Source: a virus
Taxonomy: Duplodnaviria > Caudoviricetes
Virus record (IMG/VR): IMGVR_UViG_3300031673_000322
Coordinates: 1-30,984 of that record
DNA: 30,984 nucleotides
Reading direction: 5' to 3' (one strand)
This document shows positions 1 through 9,242 of the stretch, one piece after another; position 1 is the first letter of the stretch, and every line of letters begins with the position of its first letter. A program made the position numbers and the translations under genes. The notes beneath the pieces were generated by a model. It was not told the DNA's origin. It saw only the letters and a list, made by a program, of their open reading frames with translations, and ran no database searches.

Positions 1-6
1 TTTGAT

Positions 7-876
7 ATGAATTTTATTAAGAACATATTGGCGACCGCCGTTATTTTAATGACAGCAGGGATTTGTGCGTCTGACCCCGTGATTGATCTTTCTTCTTTTA
101 GCCGTGTCCTTGTCCCCCCATCATCCTGCTCAAACTGCCCTGTCACCAGACAAGAACTGAACGAAGGGTTAGAAAGCGTAGCAATTAAAACTTTATACGG
201 AAACAACTCGCCCCACCCAGTTATGACAGGCAAAGGTTCGCTGGTTAATAACTCTCCGACTGTCAGCGTAATTACAAATGTTCTTTCTGACGGCACCAAT
301 TATATCGGTACATTCTGGTACACAAATTCCACCACTATGATCCGTGCAGGAAAGTATACTGGCAGATTTTTCGCTAAGAAAACTATCGGAACGAAAACAT
401 CAAGCGGTTTTATGAGGTTTATATATACTGGCAACAACGGGTTGACAACGAATGTAATTGATACATCCGCTCAAGTTGGTAGCATTATGACAACTTTAGG
501 AAGTTACAGGTTACTTTGCGATAACGACAATATGGTCGAAGGCACGAATTTATATTTAGGAGTTGATTTTTATTATGTTCAATCGGAGATCGGACAGAAT
601 TGCACCATCGAAACATATCTTGGGGAACCTTACGACACCCATCTGGAAACTCCCGGCGTCGGAAATATTAATGGATATGTCACTCCCGCTGATTTGGCTA
701 CGAAGGTTTCAAAGTCAGGCGACACGATGACAGGCCCGTTGACGAATTCCGTGGCATACTGGTTACCAGCCAACGGCAGGGTTTACTTCGGCACAAGCAC
801 GAATTACATCGAGGATCAGGGTGGTACGAACTTCCTTTTCAAAGCAGGAGAGAAGTGGGCTAACTTTGATTGGTAA
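7..876 (+). CDS. Signal-peptide-bearing protein with tail-fibre-like C-terminal motif
   Basis: N-terminus MNFIKNILATAVILMTAGICA resembles a Sec signal; KVSKSGDTMTGPL is a typical phage fibre repeat; T/N/G-rich beta composition. Confidence 0.6.
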   Translation: MNFIKNILATAVILMTAGICASDPVIDLSSFSRVLVPPSSCSNCPVTRQELNEGLESVAIKTLYGNNSPHPVMTGKGSLVNNSPTVSVITNVLSDGTNYIGTFWYTNSTTMIRAGKYTGRFFAKKTIGTKTSSGFMRFIYTGNNGLTTNVIDTSAQVGSIMTTLGSYRLLCDNDNMVEGTNLYLGVDFYYVQSEIGQNCTIETYLGEPYDTHLETPGVGNINGYVTPADLATKVSKSGDTMTGPLTNSVAYWLPANGRVYFGTSTNYIEDQGGTNFLFKAGEKWANFDW

Positions 877-1296
877 ATGAAAAAGGCATATTCCATATTG
901 GCAATTTTATGTTTTGCGTCCGTAGTGGTAGCAGGATTTAATATTCCTGTTTCCGGGAACAAACTATCCGTCACGGATCACAGGATCGTAATGTCTGGTG
1001 GTGGCGGAGAGGGTACTGTTGTTACCAATATTATTGTTACTCAAATTAACGCAGTTCCTAATCCAGCAGGAACATACATCGAGGGCGATTTATATAATGG
1101 TCACAGGTCGTGGTATTGTTCTGCAACTGCCTATAGTATATGGTGGGATACTCCCTCTGGAGGATATTATATGTTGGGGCCTTTTACTTGGGATTGGATA
1201 ACTATGGCAGGCCCGACGGGAACTTATGAATGGGACGGGTGTCCAGAAAATTCTGGTACCGCATCCGCCGCATTTCAAGTGGTTACGAATTTTTAA
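877..1296 (+). CDS. Hypothetical secreted-type protein
   Basis: Starts immediately after the upstream TAA; MKKAYSILAILCFASVVVA signal-like; aromatic-rich beta domain. Confidence 0.65.
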   Translation: MKKAYSILAILCFASVVVAGFNIPVSGNKLSVTDHRIVMSGGGGEGTVVTNIIVTQINAVPNPAGTYIEGDLYNGHRSWYCSATAYSIWWDTPSGGYYMLGPFTWDWITMAGPTGTYEWDGCPENSGTASAAFQVVTNF

Positions 1297-1325
1297 CAGT
1301 AGAAATATAAATAAGGAGAACGAAA

Positions 1326-2735
1326 ATGACTGTATGGTATATCAGAAAAACAGGTAACGACACGACAGGTGACGGTTCAACAGGCAATCCGTGGCTGACC
1401 GTTCTGGCGGCGATAGCCAAGGCGGAGGTTGTCAACGGCGACACCCTCACCATCGGTGATGGCACATACACGCAGAATCTGGTGATAACCAAACAGCTTA
1501 AACTGATCGGCGAGAACGACAGGAGTTTAACCATCAATAGCGGTTTGGTTAGTATTGCTGAAAGCAATGTCACCCTCGAAAAACTCACGATGACCAATAT
1601 CATCAATATCGGCACAGGTGATTTGAGCGGACTTAGTCTCGAAAATTTGACATTTGAAAACATAGTCACCGCAGGTACAGCTTTTTCAATCAGGCATTAT
1701 GCCAGCAACTCTGTTACTAATTTACAGATTCTCAATTCAGCATTCGCTTCAGACGCTCACTCCTATATCATTTACCAACGGGATAACGGTGCGTATGTAG
1801 ACGGATTTATGATTAGCAACAGCACATTCACTACTGGTTCTGGTACTGGTACTTTGTGTTTTGATATTGAAAATGGGCCGTTGAATGTCGGTGGTATTAA
1901 GCGAGGCTTTAAGAATGGCACTATCAGTAATTGCAGTTTTAGCGATTGGAAGTGGAAGGCTTTATATTTTGAGGGTCTCGATAATGTCGTTATAACGGGA
2001 TGCGACTTTACGAATGTTGGCTGGGATCCTACAAGAAATTCTGGGTGTGCGATTGACATAAATGTAAAGTACCACAATTATTCCAATGTCCAGATATTGA
2101 ACAACACGATTACTGGTTGCGGTACTGGGCATATCTGGGATTGTGGCATTATGATCAAAGCCCGTTGTGCTGGTGGTTACGCCCCGCCGAATGACGCAAC
2201 ATTAACTGGTGTGCTTATAGCGAACAACACGATTACCGCCTGTGGCATAGTTGACGGAATTGGGGGAGCGGTTAGAATAGGCGAACCGACCGACGGGGTA
2301 ATGGGGCCAGAGGCACAGCCAGCTGGGATCTCCATCCATAATAACTGTATTCACGACAACATATTTGATTACGACATAATCGATGTCAGGGATACCGCAT
2401 TATCCCCCGACAGAATCGATGCCTTATTCAATTCGTGGGGAACAGTCGATCCTGCGGTCATTGTTCCGAGGATGTTCGGAAAGGTGGACTATGCTCCGTA
2501 TTGCACCAATTGTACATACACGCATATATACATTCCCAGCCAGTTACGGATCACGCAGTACCTGACGATGTATCGGCTGGAAGACAATAGCAATCCGTCG
2601 TATCCCGGCTGGCGGGAGCTGTCACGAAACACCGACCTCAATATCCTGCGAGATATGCGTGATAACATTATCTCAATTCGCACTCAGCAACGGGCCAACT
2701 TAGATGCGGGGGCAGTTTGGGTTCCTGTAGAATAA
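1326..2735 (+). CDS. Right-handed parallel beta-helix (pectin-lyase-like) protein, probable tailspike/depolymerase
   Basis: AAGGAG RBS; N-terminal GNDTTGDGSTGNPWLTV..GDTLTIGDGTY motif; repeated IxNNTIxxC beta-helix rungs. Confidence 0.8.
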   Translation: MTVWYIRKTGNDTTGDGSTGNPWLTVLAAIAKAEVVNGDTLTIGDGTYTQNLVITKQLKLIGENDRSLTINSGLVSIAESNVTLEKLTMTNIINIGTGDLSGLSLENLTFENIVTAGTAFSIRHYASNSVTNLQILNSAFASDAHSYIIYQRDNGAYVDGFMISNSTFTTGSGTGTLCFDIENGPLNVGGIKRGFKNGTISNCSFSDWKWKALYFEGLDNVVITGCDFTNVGWDPTRNSGCAIDINVKYHNYSNVQILNNTITGCGTGHIWDCGIMIKARCAGGYAPPNDATLTGVLIANNTITACGIVDGIGGAVRIGEPTDGVMGPEAQPAGISIHNNCIHDNIFDYDIIDVRDTALSPDRIDALFNSWGTVDPAVIVPRMFGKVDYAPYCTNCTYTHIYIPSQLRITQYLTMYRLEDNSNPSYPGWRELSRNTDLNILRDMRDNIISIRTQQRANLDAGAVWVPVE

Positions 2736-2869
2736 TAGAGAGTTGCAAATCCGTCTGGTCATTTTGCTGGAGAACAGCGATCGGAATGTTTGTTTGTTCT
2801 GTCGTGCTTTTAATTATGGGAATTGTATCAGAAATCTCAAAAATAAAAGGTTTAAGGAGAACGCTATAA
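2717..2869 (+). CDS. Possible 50-aa single-TM protein (not in ORF track)
   Basis: TTG start after GGGGG; MGSCRIIESCKSVWSFCWRTAIGMFVCSVVLLIMGIVSEISKIKGLRRTL; its TAA overlaps the next ATG (TAATG). Confidence 0.35.
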   Translation: MGSCRIIESCKSVWSFCWRTAIGMFVCSVVLLIMGIVSEISKIKGLRRTL

Positions 2870-3228
2870 TGCCACCTGAATATGTAACAAGAGATGAATG
2901 TAAAGATACTAGCGGGAGAATTTTATCTCTTCTTCAGGAAATTAATGCCCGTCTTTATAAAGACAATGGAACAAAATCTCATCAAACTTTAATCAATGAA
3001 CAGGGAGTTGCTATAACTGAACTTGCCAAAGCGATGACAAGTTACAAGGAAACGGTAATTGATCACGACCGACTCTTAGTGGGATACAAGACAGTATCTC
3101 TTCTCGGTTTGTGGGTATTGAGAATTGCTGGTGGAGCGTGTGTGTTAGGATTAATAACGCTTATTGCCCTCGCAATTAAACACGCCCTTATCAGCGAAGC
3201 GGTTAAGCAAATGTTCGGGGCTAGTTAA
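2869..3228 (+). CDS. Coiled-coil protein with C-terminal TM segment (holin/haemolysin-like)
   Basis: Start re-called to ATG 2869 because of AAGGAG RBS; hydrophobic LLGLWVLRIAGGACVLGLITLIALAI. Confidence 0.6.
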   Translation: MPPEYVTRDECKDTSGRILSLLQEINARLYKDNGTKSHQTLINEQGVAITELAKAMTSYKETVIDHDRLLVGYKTVSLLGLWVLRIAGGACVLGLITLIALAIKHALISEAVKQMFGAS

Positions 3229-3229
3229 A

Positions 3230-3427
3230 ATGAAATTTGAAATCATTGAACGATTACCGTCGCTGGGAGCAAGGATATGGGAGATCAAATGCCTGTCCTG
3301 TGGAGTCAAATTTAACTACGACAGCAACGAACCGCATAACTACGGTTTGGTTGTATGCACAGGGAAATGTCACAGTACTGAACGATGGAAAGCTGCAAAA
3401 GCAAGATACGATAAGGAGAAAGAATGA
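3230..3427 (+). CDS. Small zinc-ribbon protein
   Basis: ATG 3230 next to the upstream stop; CLSC...CTGKC; ATGA overlap with the next gene. Confidence 0.6.
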   Translation: MKFEIIERLPSLGARIWEIKCLSCGVKFNYDSNEPHNYGLVVCTGKCHSTERWKAAKARYDKEKE

Positions 3428-4269
3428 AAATGTCAAAAGGATTTCAACCGTCTGAATTTCCGCTTGGACAAAGCCTGTTCTGGATGGACGGCGATCACCC
3501 CGAATCAACTTGGGATTGGCTTGCAAGGGATGTTGACGACGCTCAGCGAAACAGGATGTACGCAAAGTTGCAACAGTACAAAGACCAGACAGGAACGCCA
3601 AGCTGGACGACATCCTTTCTGGTATATAATATGGTTGACCCAAACTGCCATCCTGTTAATCCATTTCTCGGCAGTCCTACCGCAAGTCAGGTTGTTAAAA
3701 GCGGAGGCGGTCAAGCAGATGATATTGAACTTGCTAAATGGAGATCGAGATTGTCGTTAGGGCAACTTCCGGGAGTCAATCTTGTTCCTTGTTTGTACTG
3801 TGGCGACGATAAAGCCACGATACAAAACTACACCTTCGTAAATTATTTCACACCGTTGGCTGTGCAATTTATGGCACCGTATTCCAAAGCCATATGCATC
3901 TGTTCCGAACCACCGAAGAACGCCAATGTGCAATGGCAGGAATCGGTAATAACGCTGGTAAAGAATACGCTTTCGTTTATGGGGCGTTCTGACATACCCG
4001 TGGTTACCCATCTTCAGGGCGACCAGATACTGACGCAGCGTCCACAAAACGCAGACGGCATCCTTTACCAGTTCCGTACCCATCCCGGCGAAGCCCACAA
4101 ACGGAACATTGACGAGGTTGTGAATGAGGGTAAATGGGCGTTGGCTAACTCCCCTGTCCCGTTAGGATTTTTTGAACTTGCGGTTTTGTGCGAAGACCCG
4201 AGAGTGAAAGAGATGACCAGAAAGTTAAGAGCATTACCAGAATGCGGGATGCTACCCGGGCCGACATGA
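3424..4269 (+). CDS. Hypothetical protein, possible glycoside-hydrolase clan A TIM barrel
   Basis: AAGGAG RBS; alternating beta/alpha pattern with ICICSEP (acid/base-like) and LGFFEL (nucleophile-like). Confidence 0.5.
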   Translation: MKMSKGFQPSEFPLGQSLFWMDGDHPESTWDWLARDVDDAQRNRMYAKLQQYKDQTGTPSWTTSFLVYNMVDPNCHPVNPFLGSPTASQVVKSGGGQADDIELAKWRSRLSLGQLPGVNLVPCLYCGDDKATIQNYTFVNYFTPLAVQFMAPYSKAICICSEPPKNANVQWQESVITLVKNTLSFMGRSDIPVVTHLQGDQILTQRPQNADGILYQFRTHPGEAHKRNIDEVVNEGKWALANSPVPLGFFELAVLCEDPRVKEMTRKLRALPECGMLPGPT

Positions 4270-4270
4270 A

Positions 4271-4360
4271 ATGGAAGACAATACTAGAATTTGGATAATA
4301 TTGATAGTATCAGTAACGCTTTTAATTATTCTTTTTGGTATGTTAAGATTCGGTGTATAA
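4271..4360 (+). CDS. 29-aa single-TM peptide (not in ORF track)
   Basis: MEDNTRIWIILIVSVTLLIILFGMLRFGV fills the gap between two genes. Confidence 0.5.
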   Translation: MEDNTRIWIILIVSVTLLIILFGMLRFGV

Positions 4361-4371
4361 AGGAAAGTAAA

Positions 4372-4785
4372 ATGGCATTTGTAGATTGGCTGACACCTGT
4401 ATCTGATTTATTTAAACCGCTATTTAATTTGATATCGGAATTCGTCACCGACAAGGACTTGAAAGTCAGGTTGGAAAGCGAACTCAAGGTTAAATGTGCG
4501 GAACTGGATGCTGCGTTCAGAATGAAGATAATTGATTTACAGAACAAAGTAATTGACGCCGAGATCGCACTTGGTACTCGCTGGAGGGCAGTATGCGTCT
4601 ATGTCTCTGGCGGAATACTGGCGGTGATGTTGATCAATAATTATATCTTGTTCCCGTATTTTTCTGACACCATGCAACCAATGGAGATACCAGAGGAATT
4701 ATGGTGGACTTTTTGGGGCTTGACAGGACTGACTGTCCTCGATATGCTCCAGCGTAAGAAGAACAGCAATGACGATAACAAATAG
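4372..4785 (+). CDS. Holin (GTA 3TM-holin-like)
   Basis: Start re-called to ATG 4372 (AAGGA RBS); LISEFVTDKD..AEI..WR..TM..IPEELW..LG pattern characteristic of the family. Confidence 0.75.
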   Translation: MAFVDWLTPVSDLFKPLFNLISEFVTDKDLKVRLESELKVKCAELDAAFRMKIIDLQNKVIDAEIALGTRWRAVCVYVSGGILAVMLINNYILFPYFSDTMQPMEIPEELWWTFWGLTGLTVLDMLQRKKNSNDDNK

Positions 4786-4793
4786 GAGGTATT

Positions 4794-4994
4794 ATGCCTG
4801 ATCAGGAAAAAAAACCGATATGGTTGAGCAAGACGATATACTTTAATGTTCTGGCGTTCATCGTGGCTATTGCCGTGGTGTTCGGGTATCAGGGCGAACT
4901 TCCCCCGGAATGGGAAAAATGGGTCACAGTTGTAATCGCAATTGTCAATCTTGCCCTACGGTTCTGGACTAAGCAACCCGTAAAAATTAAATGA
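4794..4994 (+). CDS. Small 2-TM holin-like membrane protein
   Basis: AGGAGG RBS; KPIWLSKTIYFN, two TMs, NLALRFWTKQPV. Confidence 0.7.
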   Translation: MPDQEKKPIWLSKTIYFNVLAFIVAIAVVFGYQGELPPEWEKWVTVVIAIVNLALRFWTKQPVKIK

Positions 4995-5329
4995 AGGTCA
5001 AGGTCGTACTGGCGGTGCTTTTGTGTTCTGCCAGCCTGACCATAGCTGGAGAGGTCGGAACGACATCGAGTTGGGGGATAGTAATATCCCCCTGTGCGTG
5101 GTGCGAGACGGTAGATAATATTGAAGTCCACCATATCTGGCCTCAGCATATTGCACCTGAAAGACGATATGACACGAACAATATGGTTTGTCTGTGCAGG
5201 AAGAAGGGGACGGGATGCCACTTTTATATTGGGCATCACGGCATAGCTTGGAATTTTGTGTTCACGAATGTAATGACGGTAATTAACATAGGAAAATCCA
5301 ATGGCTGGAACAATACAAGCAAACATTAG
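4991..5329 (+). CDS. HNH endonuclease-domain protein with N-terminal signal-like segment
   Basis: CAWC..EVHHIWP..NMVCLCR..CH HNH zinc-finger signature; MKVKVVLAVLLCSASLTIAG. Confidence 0.75.
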   Translation: MKVKVVLAVLLCSASLTIAGEVGTTSSWGIVISPCAWCETVDNIEVHHIWPQHIAPERRYDTNNMVCLCRKKGTGCHFYIGHHGIAWNFVFTNVMTVINIGKSNGWNNTSKH

Positions 5330-6302
5330 CGTCCCGACCGTAGCGATCCACCAACCGCTGGATAGCACGGCAAAGCTTAATTACACCTATCGTAACAAGC
5401 TGATCAACGGCGACCTTTCGGTCTGGCAGAGGGGTACTCCTTTTTCGATAAATCCTTCTGGATATACCGCTGACAGATGGCTTGCCACGATGATTGGTAG
5501 CGTCACAAGGATGGAATTTGCTTCTGGCGAATCGGAGCTGATGGACAACGACCAGTACTACCTGCTTGCCCATCCGACTGGCGGCGACCTGAGTATAATC
5601 ATCGAGCAGAGGATTGAAAATGTGCGGACTATGGCTGGAAAACAGGTAACCCTGACATTCTGGGCGAAAGCCGAGGGAAGCATAAGCCTCTCCGCCAGCT
5701 TGACCCAGCACTTCGGTACAGCCCCGTTGCCGATTGTCCCGTCCGCCGATGAAGTTGTTACCCCGCCGTCTGTGACAATCCTGACATCGTGGTCGAAGCA
5801 CACCATAACAATTACATTGCCGTCCGTAGCCAGCAAGGTAATCGGGACGAACGGCGATCATTATCTTGCCCTGAAGCTGACAATGGGTTCCTCGAACTTC
5901 TATCTTTCTCACCTCCAACTCGAGCAGGGGCCGTTGGCAACCGACTTTGAAAAACGGCATCCCGGCGAAGAGCTGCGGATGGCAAGGCGATACTATGAGC
6001 AGATGGACTTTGACAACGCCCGTCTAATACCTGCCGTTGGACACGCAACCGCTATCAATTACGCAACGCTCGTCCTGCCGTACCAGACCAAGAGGATTGC
6101 ACCGACCATCGTCGTGCCGTCATCTATTCAGGTACTCAATGTTGGTGGGTCTGCCCAATCGACAGCGTGGACTACCGTTCTGGCGAATGTGGATTCATCC
6201 GAAATCAAGGCTTATGCTTCCGCCTCGGGTCTTTTAACTGGAAATGTAGTCGTCGCTAAATCAGCGGGGTCAAGCAGTATCACGATTGATGCGGAGTTAT
6301 AA
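5301..6302 (+). CDS. Tail fibre-associated carbohydrate-binding-like protein
   Basis: RNKLINGDLSVWQRG, YTADRW, VTLTFWAKA, QLEQGPLATDFE..EL..ARRYY motifs typical of phage fibre domains. Confidence 0.75.
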   Translation: MAGTIQANISVPTVAIHQPLDSTAKLNYTYRNKLINGDLSVWQRGTPFSINPSGYTADRWLATMIGSVTRMEFASGESELMDNDQYYLLAHPTGGDLSIIIEQRIENVRTMAGKQVTLTFWAKAEGSISLSASLTQHFGTAPLPIVPSADEVVTPPSVTILTSWSKHTITITLPSVASKVIGTNGDHYLALKLTMGSSNFYLSHLQLEQGPLATDFEKRHPGEELRMARRYYEQMDFDNARLIPAVGHATAINYATLVLPYQTKRIAPTIVVPSSIQVLNVGGSAQSTAWTTVLANVDSSEIKAYASASGLLTGNVVVAKSAGSSSITIDAEL

Positions 6303-6303
6303 A

Positions 6304-8073
6304 ATGGGATATGTATTCGACGGATTTGAAAATATACAGGCTGGCATGAACGGTGCGGTCTCTCCGTCCCTGATTGGCGTTAACGAGATGTCCAAGGGGG
6401 TCAATCTTGATATGAGGAGCGGTCGCCCATGCACCCGCCCAGCCTATGTCGGATACGACATCACAGGAAGCTCGAGGGATATGCTGAACACGCTCAAAAA
6501 CGGTCGATATCAGGGCGGAGCAGTCTATAAGCATGGTGGGGTGGAATACCTCGTATTTGGCGTATTTGGCAGGCTCTACGCCCTGCATCCTGAGACCTTG
6601 CTGGTCACAGACATCACCTGCGGAGAGGGTTTAAGCCCGAATGTCCAGAGGCTCTACTTCTGTCAGGCAAACGAGTATATGATCATTCAGGACGGCGTAA
6701 ACCGCCCTATTATCCTCTCTGGTCTCTCGGCAAGGTATTCCGCTGGCGGAGACGATCCTGAGAAGCCTGAGGTGCCTGTCGGCACGGCTATGGCGTTCGG
6801 GCAGGGTCGCCTGTTCGTCGTGATAGATCGCAAATACATTATGGCTGGGGACATCTACCTGCCGTGGGACAGGATCAGAGTCCTACAGTTCACCGAGACG
6901 CAGTACCTTGCTGGTGGAGGTGCGTTCGGGTTGCCTGCGTGGCTGGGCAACATCAAGGCGATGACTTTCCAGCAGAATGTCGTCAGCGGGACAGGGCTGG
7001 GAGCGTTGCTCGTGTTTGCCGACCAAGGAGTCTGTTCGTTTGGCGTCCAGAACCCCAGATCAACTTGGAACACGGTTGACATCTCCAGAGTTCTCTACAA
7101 GGACGGTGGAGGAACAAGTCCTTTGTCCGTGGTCTCAGTCGGAAACGACATTGTCTATATGGCTGAGGACGGCCTGCGTAGCATCAAAGTCACCTCTGGT
7201 GAGTCTCAGGGTGGCGGGGCAACCTTCCAGAGCATCCCTCTCTCACGCAAGGTTCAGTCGCTGGTCGATGATGATACGCCTTGGGCATACCAGTATGGGT
7301 CAGGAACCCTGCACGACAACCGCCTGTATTTTACCTCGATCGCTAGAAAGCACAATGTGGTCAATCCAGTTGGTAACGAGGTGGAGGATTTTTATTTCAA
7401 TGGGTTGACAACCATCGATCTCCTCGGTTCGACTGGCCTACCGATGGTGTTCGAGGGGGTGTCGACCGGGATTAAGTATCTACAGGTTTTCAGCGTTGAC
7501 AGGTTCGGCAGGAAGGCACTCTGCGTATTGGGTCTGGGAGCCGAGGACGAGATCGGGTTCTATGTTCAGGAGCCAGCTACCAGCCTAGACAACAGGGTGT
7601 CAGCAACGCCGTGCAAGGTCTACACCTCAGCAATGAACTTTAACAGCCCGTCCGTGTTATTGAAAAAGTTCTCCTATGCCGACCTTTGGTTTTCAAAATT
7701 GCGTGGGGCGGTTGGCGTGTCGCTGTACTACAGGGCGGAGGGGTATGAGCTGTGGACGCTGGCTGGGGAGATTAATTTTATGGCGAAGGACGGATCGGAC
7801 GGCACCGAGAATGTGTACCCGCAGATCCGCCAGAAAATGAGATTGACGGAATCAAGTCACGGGCTATCGGAGGAGGAAAGTGAACTGAAGAACAAGCTGA
7901 TCGGCTCCAAGATACAGTTCTGTATATCATGGACAGGGTACGGTCAGCTTGACAGGTTTGTGGTCGTGGCGGACACGCAACCTGACGCCCCGATCATTGA
8001 GGAAAACGCTAGCGACCGAACTTATGAGTTGACAGGAACACAGTTAATGGACTACGATTACATCGCAGCTTAG
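6304..8073 (+). CDS. Tail tubular protein B / P22 gp10-like stabilisation (nozzle) protein
   Basis: Start re-called to ATG 6304 (GGAG RBS); about 590 aa beta-propeller-like; PLSRKVQ and KKFSYADLW motifs; synteny. Confidence 0.7.
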   Translation: MGYVFDGFENIQAGMNGAVSPSLIGVNEMSKGVNLDMRSGRPCTRPAYVGYDITGSSRDMLNTLKNGRYQGGAVYKHGGVEYLVFGVFGRLYALHPETLLVTDITCGEGLSPNVQRLYFCQANEYMIIQDGVNRPIILSGLSARYSAGGDDPEKPEVPVGTAMAFGQGRLFVVIDRKYIMAGDIYLPWDRIRVLQFTETQYLAGGGAFGLPAWLGNIKAMTFQQNVVSGTGLGALLVFADQGVCSFGVQNPRSTWNTVDISRVLYKDGGGTSPLSVVSVGNDIVYMAEDGLRSIKVTSGESQGGGATFQSIPLSRKVQSLVDDDTPWAYQYGSGTLHDNRLYFTSIARKHNVVNPVGNEVEDFYFNGLTTIDLLGSTGLPMVFEGVSTGIKYLQVFSVDRFGRKALCVLGLGAEDEIGFYVQEPATSLDNRVSATPCKVYTSAMNFNSPSVLLKKFSYADLWFSKLRGAVGVSLYYRAEGYELWTLAGEINFMAKDGSDGTENVYPQIRQKMRLTESSHGLSEEESELKNKLIGSKIQFCISWTGYGQLDRFVVVADTQPDAPIIEENASDRTYELTGTQLMDYDYIAA

Positions 8074-8081
8074 GAGGTATT

Positions 8082-9242
8082 ATGAGTTTGGACAGTTTAG
8101 GATTAACAATATCAACAGTAACCCCGCCTGACGGATTATCCCACACGACCCGCAAGCAGGAGATCTTGGATCTTCCAAACTACCTGCGTGTAAATGCCAA
8201 CTCGGACGGGGACGACCTGATGGTTCTGGTGGTAAGCTCCTCCGTTCCCGCAGTCGGCGATCATGATAAAATATGGGTCAAGACGGATGCGATAGATGTC
8301 GTGGAGGGGACGACGCATTATACGCAACGAGGCTGTTATAAATTTGATTCTGCGACGGGAATATGGGATCTGATGGCTGGGATAGGGATTTATGTCGGCG
8401 ATACCGCTCCCACGGACACGGAAGTGTTATGGCTGAACACGACCGAAAGCGTATCTTACGCTAAAGGACTTTATTACTATACTGGCGGAGCGTGGACTTT
8501 AATGGACGATATGTCTATTCATGTAGGAGCAGCCGCCCCGACCAACACGACCCGTCCGTGGTTGAAGACGGACAGCGTCACGACCGTGCAGGGTCTTTAT
8601 GTTTACGAGGGTGCCGTATGGGTTCTGAAATCATCTCCGATAGTAATTCAAGATACTGCTCCAGCTTCTGGGGCGATTGGAATGTTATGGCTAAAGTCAA
8701 CCGACGAAGGTGGGTTATGGCGTTGGAACGGTTCGGCATGGGTAAACGCCACGATGCCAATAATGGCAAGTGGTGATCCATCACAGATTGTGGTGCCATC
8801 AACGACTCCCCCAAACGCAACGGAACGAGTTGGAAGTCTATGGGCTAAAATAGGAAGCCCACCCAATGGTTTATTCTGGGCTGATACTGTAAATGGGTAT
8901 TGGGAATCCATCCATCCAATCATGATCAGTTATAGATATCCAGCAGTAGGAACAGCAGGAATAACACCGACATCATCCGTTGCGTACACAGGCTTACCAT
9001 ACTCGATTATATGCCCGACACTCGGCACAGCATATTTTGTCGGAGGGCTTGAACTACCAATGATGACCGTGATGATAGAATATGATGATAAATTCGCAAT
9101 TACAGGTTCGTATTTAAATATCGGAGTGTCACCGTCTTCAGCAACTTTTGATATCGCTGCGTATAACCCTGATGCGGGGCCATCAAACAGAGAGCTTGTA
9201 TTTCGAGTTAGTGCAAATGGCAGAATGAGGATACCGTTCTAA
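8082..9242 (+). CDS. Virion/tail protein with five AP..LW repeats
   Basis: AGGAGG RBS; five roughly 42-aa units of the form (G/Q)xxAPxxxxxxWL..GLY/W..W. Confidence 0.7.
   Translation: MSLDSLGLTISTVTPPDGLSHTTRKQEILDLPNYLRVNANSDGDDLMVLVVSSSVPAVGDHDKIWVKTDAIDVVEGTTHYTQRGCYKFDSATGIWDLMAGIGIYVGDTAPTDTEVLWLNTTESVSYAKGLYYYTGGAWTLMDDMSIHVGAAAPTNTTRPWLKTDSVTTVQGLYVYEGAVWVLKSSPIVIQDTAPASGAIGMLWLKSTDEGGLWRWNGSAWVNATMPIMASGDPSQIVVPSTTPPNATERVGSLWAKIGSPPNGLFWADTVNGYWESIHPIMISYRYPAVGTAGITPTSSVAYTGLPYSIICPTLGTAYFVGGLELPMMTVMIEYDDKFAITGSYLNIGVSPSSATFDIAAYNPDAGPSNRELVFRVSANGRMRIPF

Noticed and set aside
2743-2868. ORF-track N-terminal extensions (2743, 3164, 4291, 6286, 24084, 27214, 27812)
   Set aside because: Downstream ATGs have better RBSs or stop-start coupling
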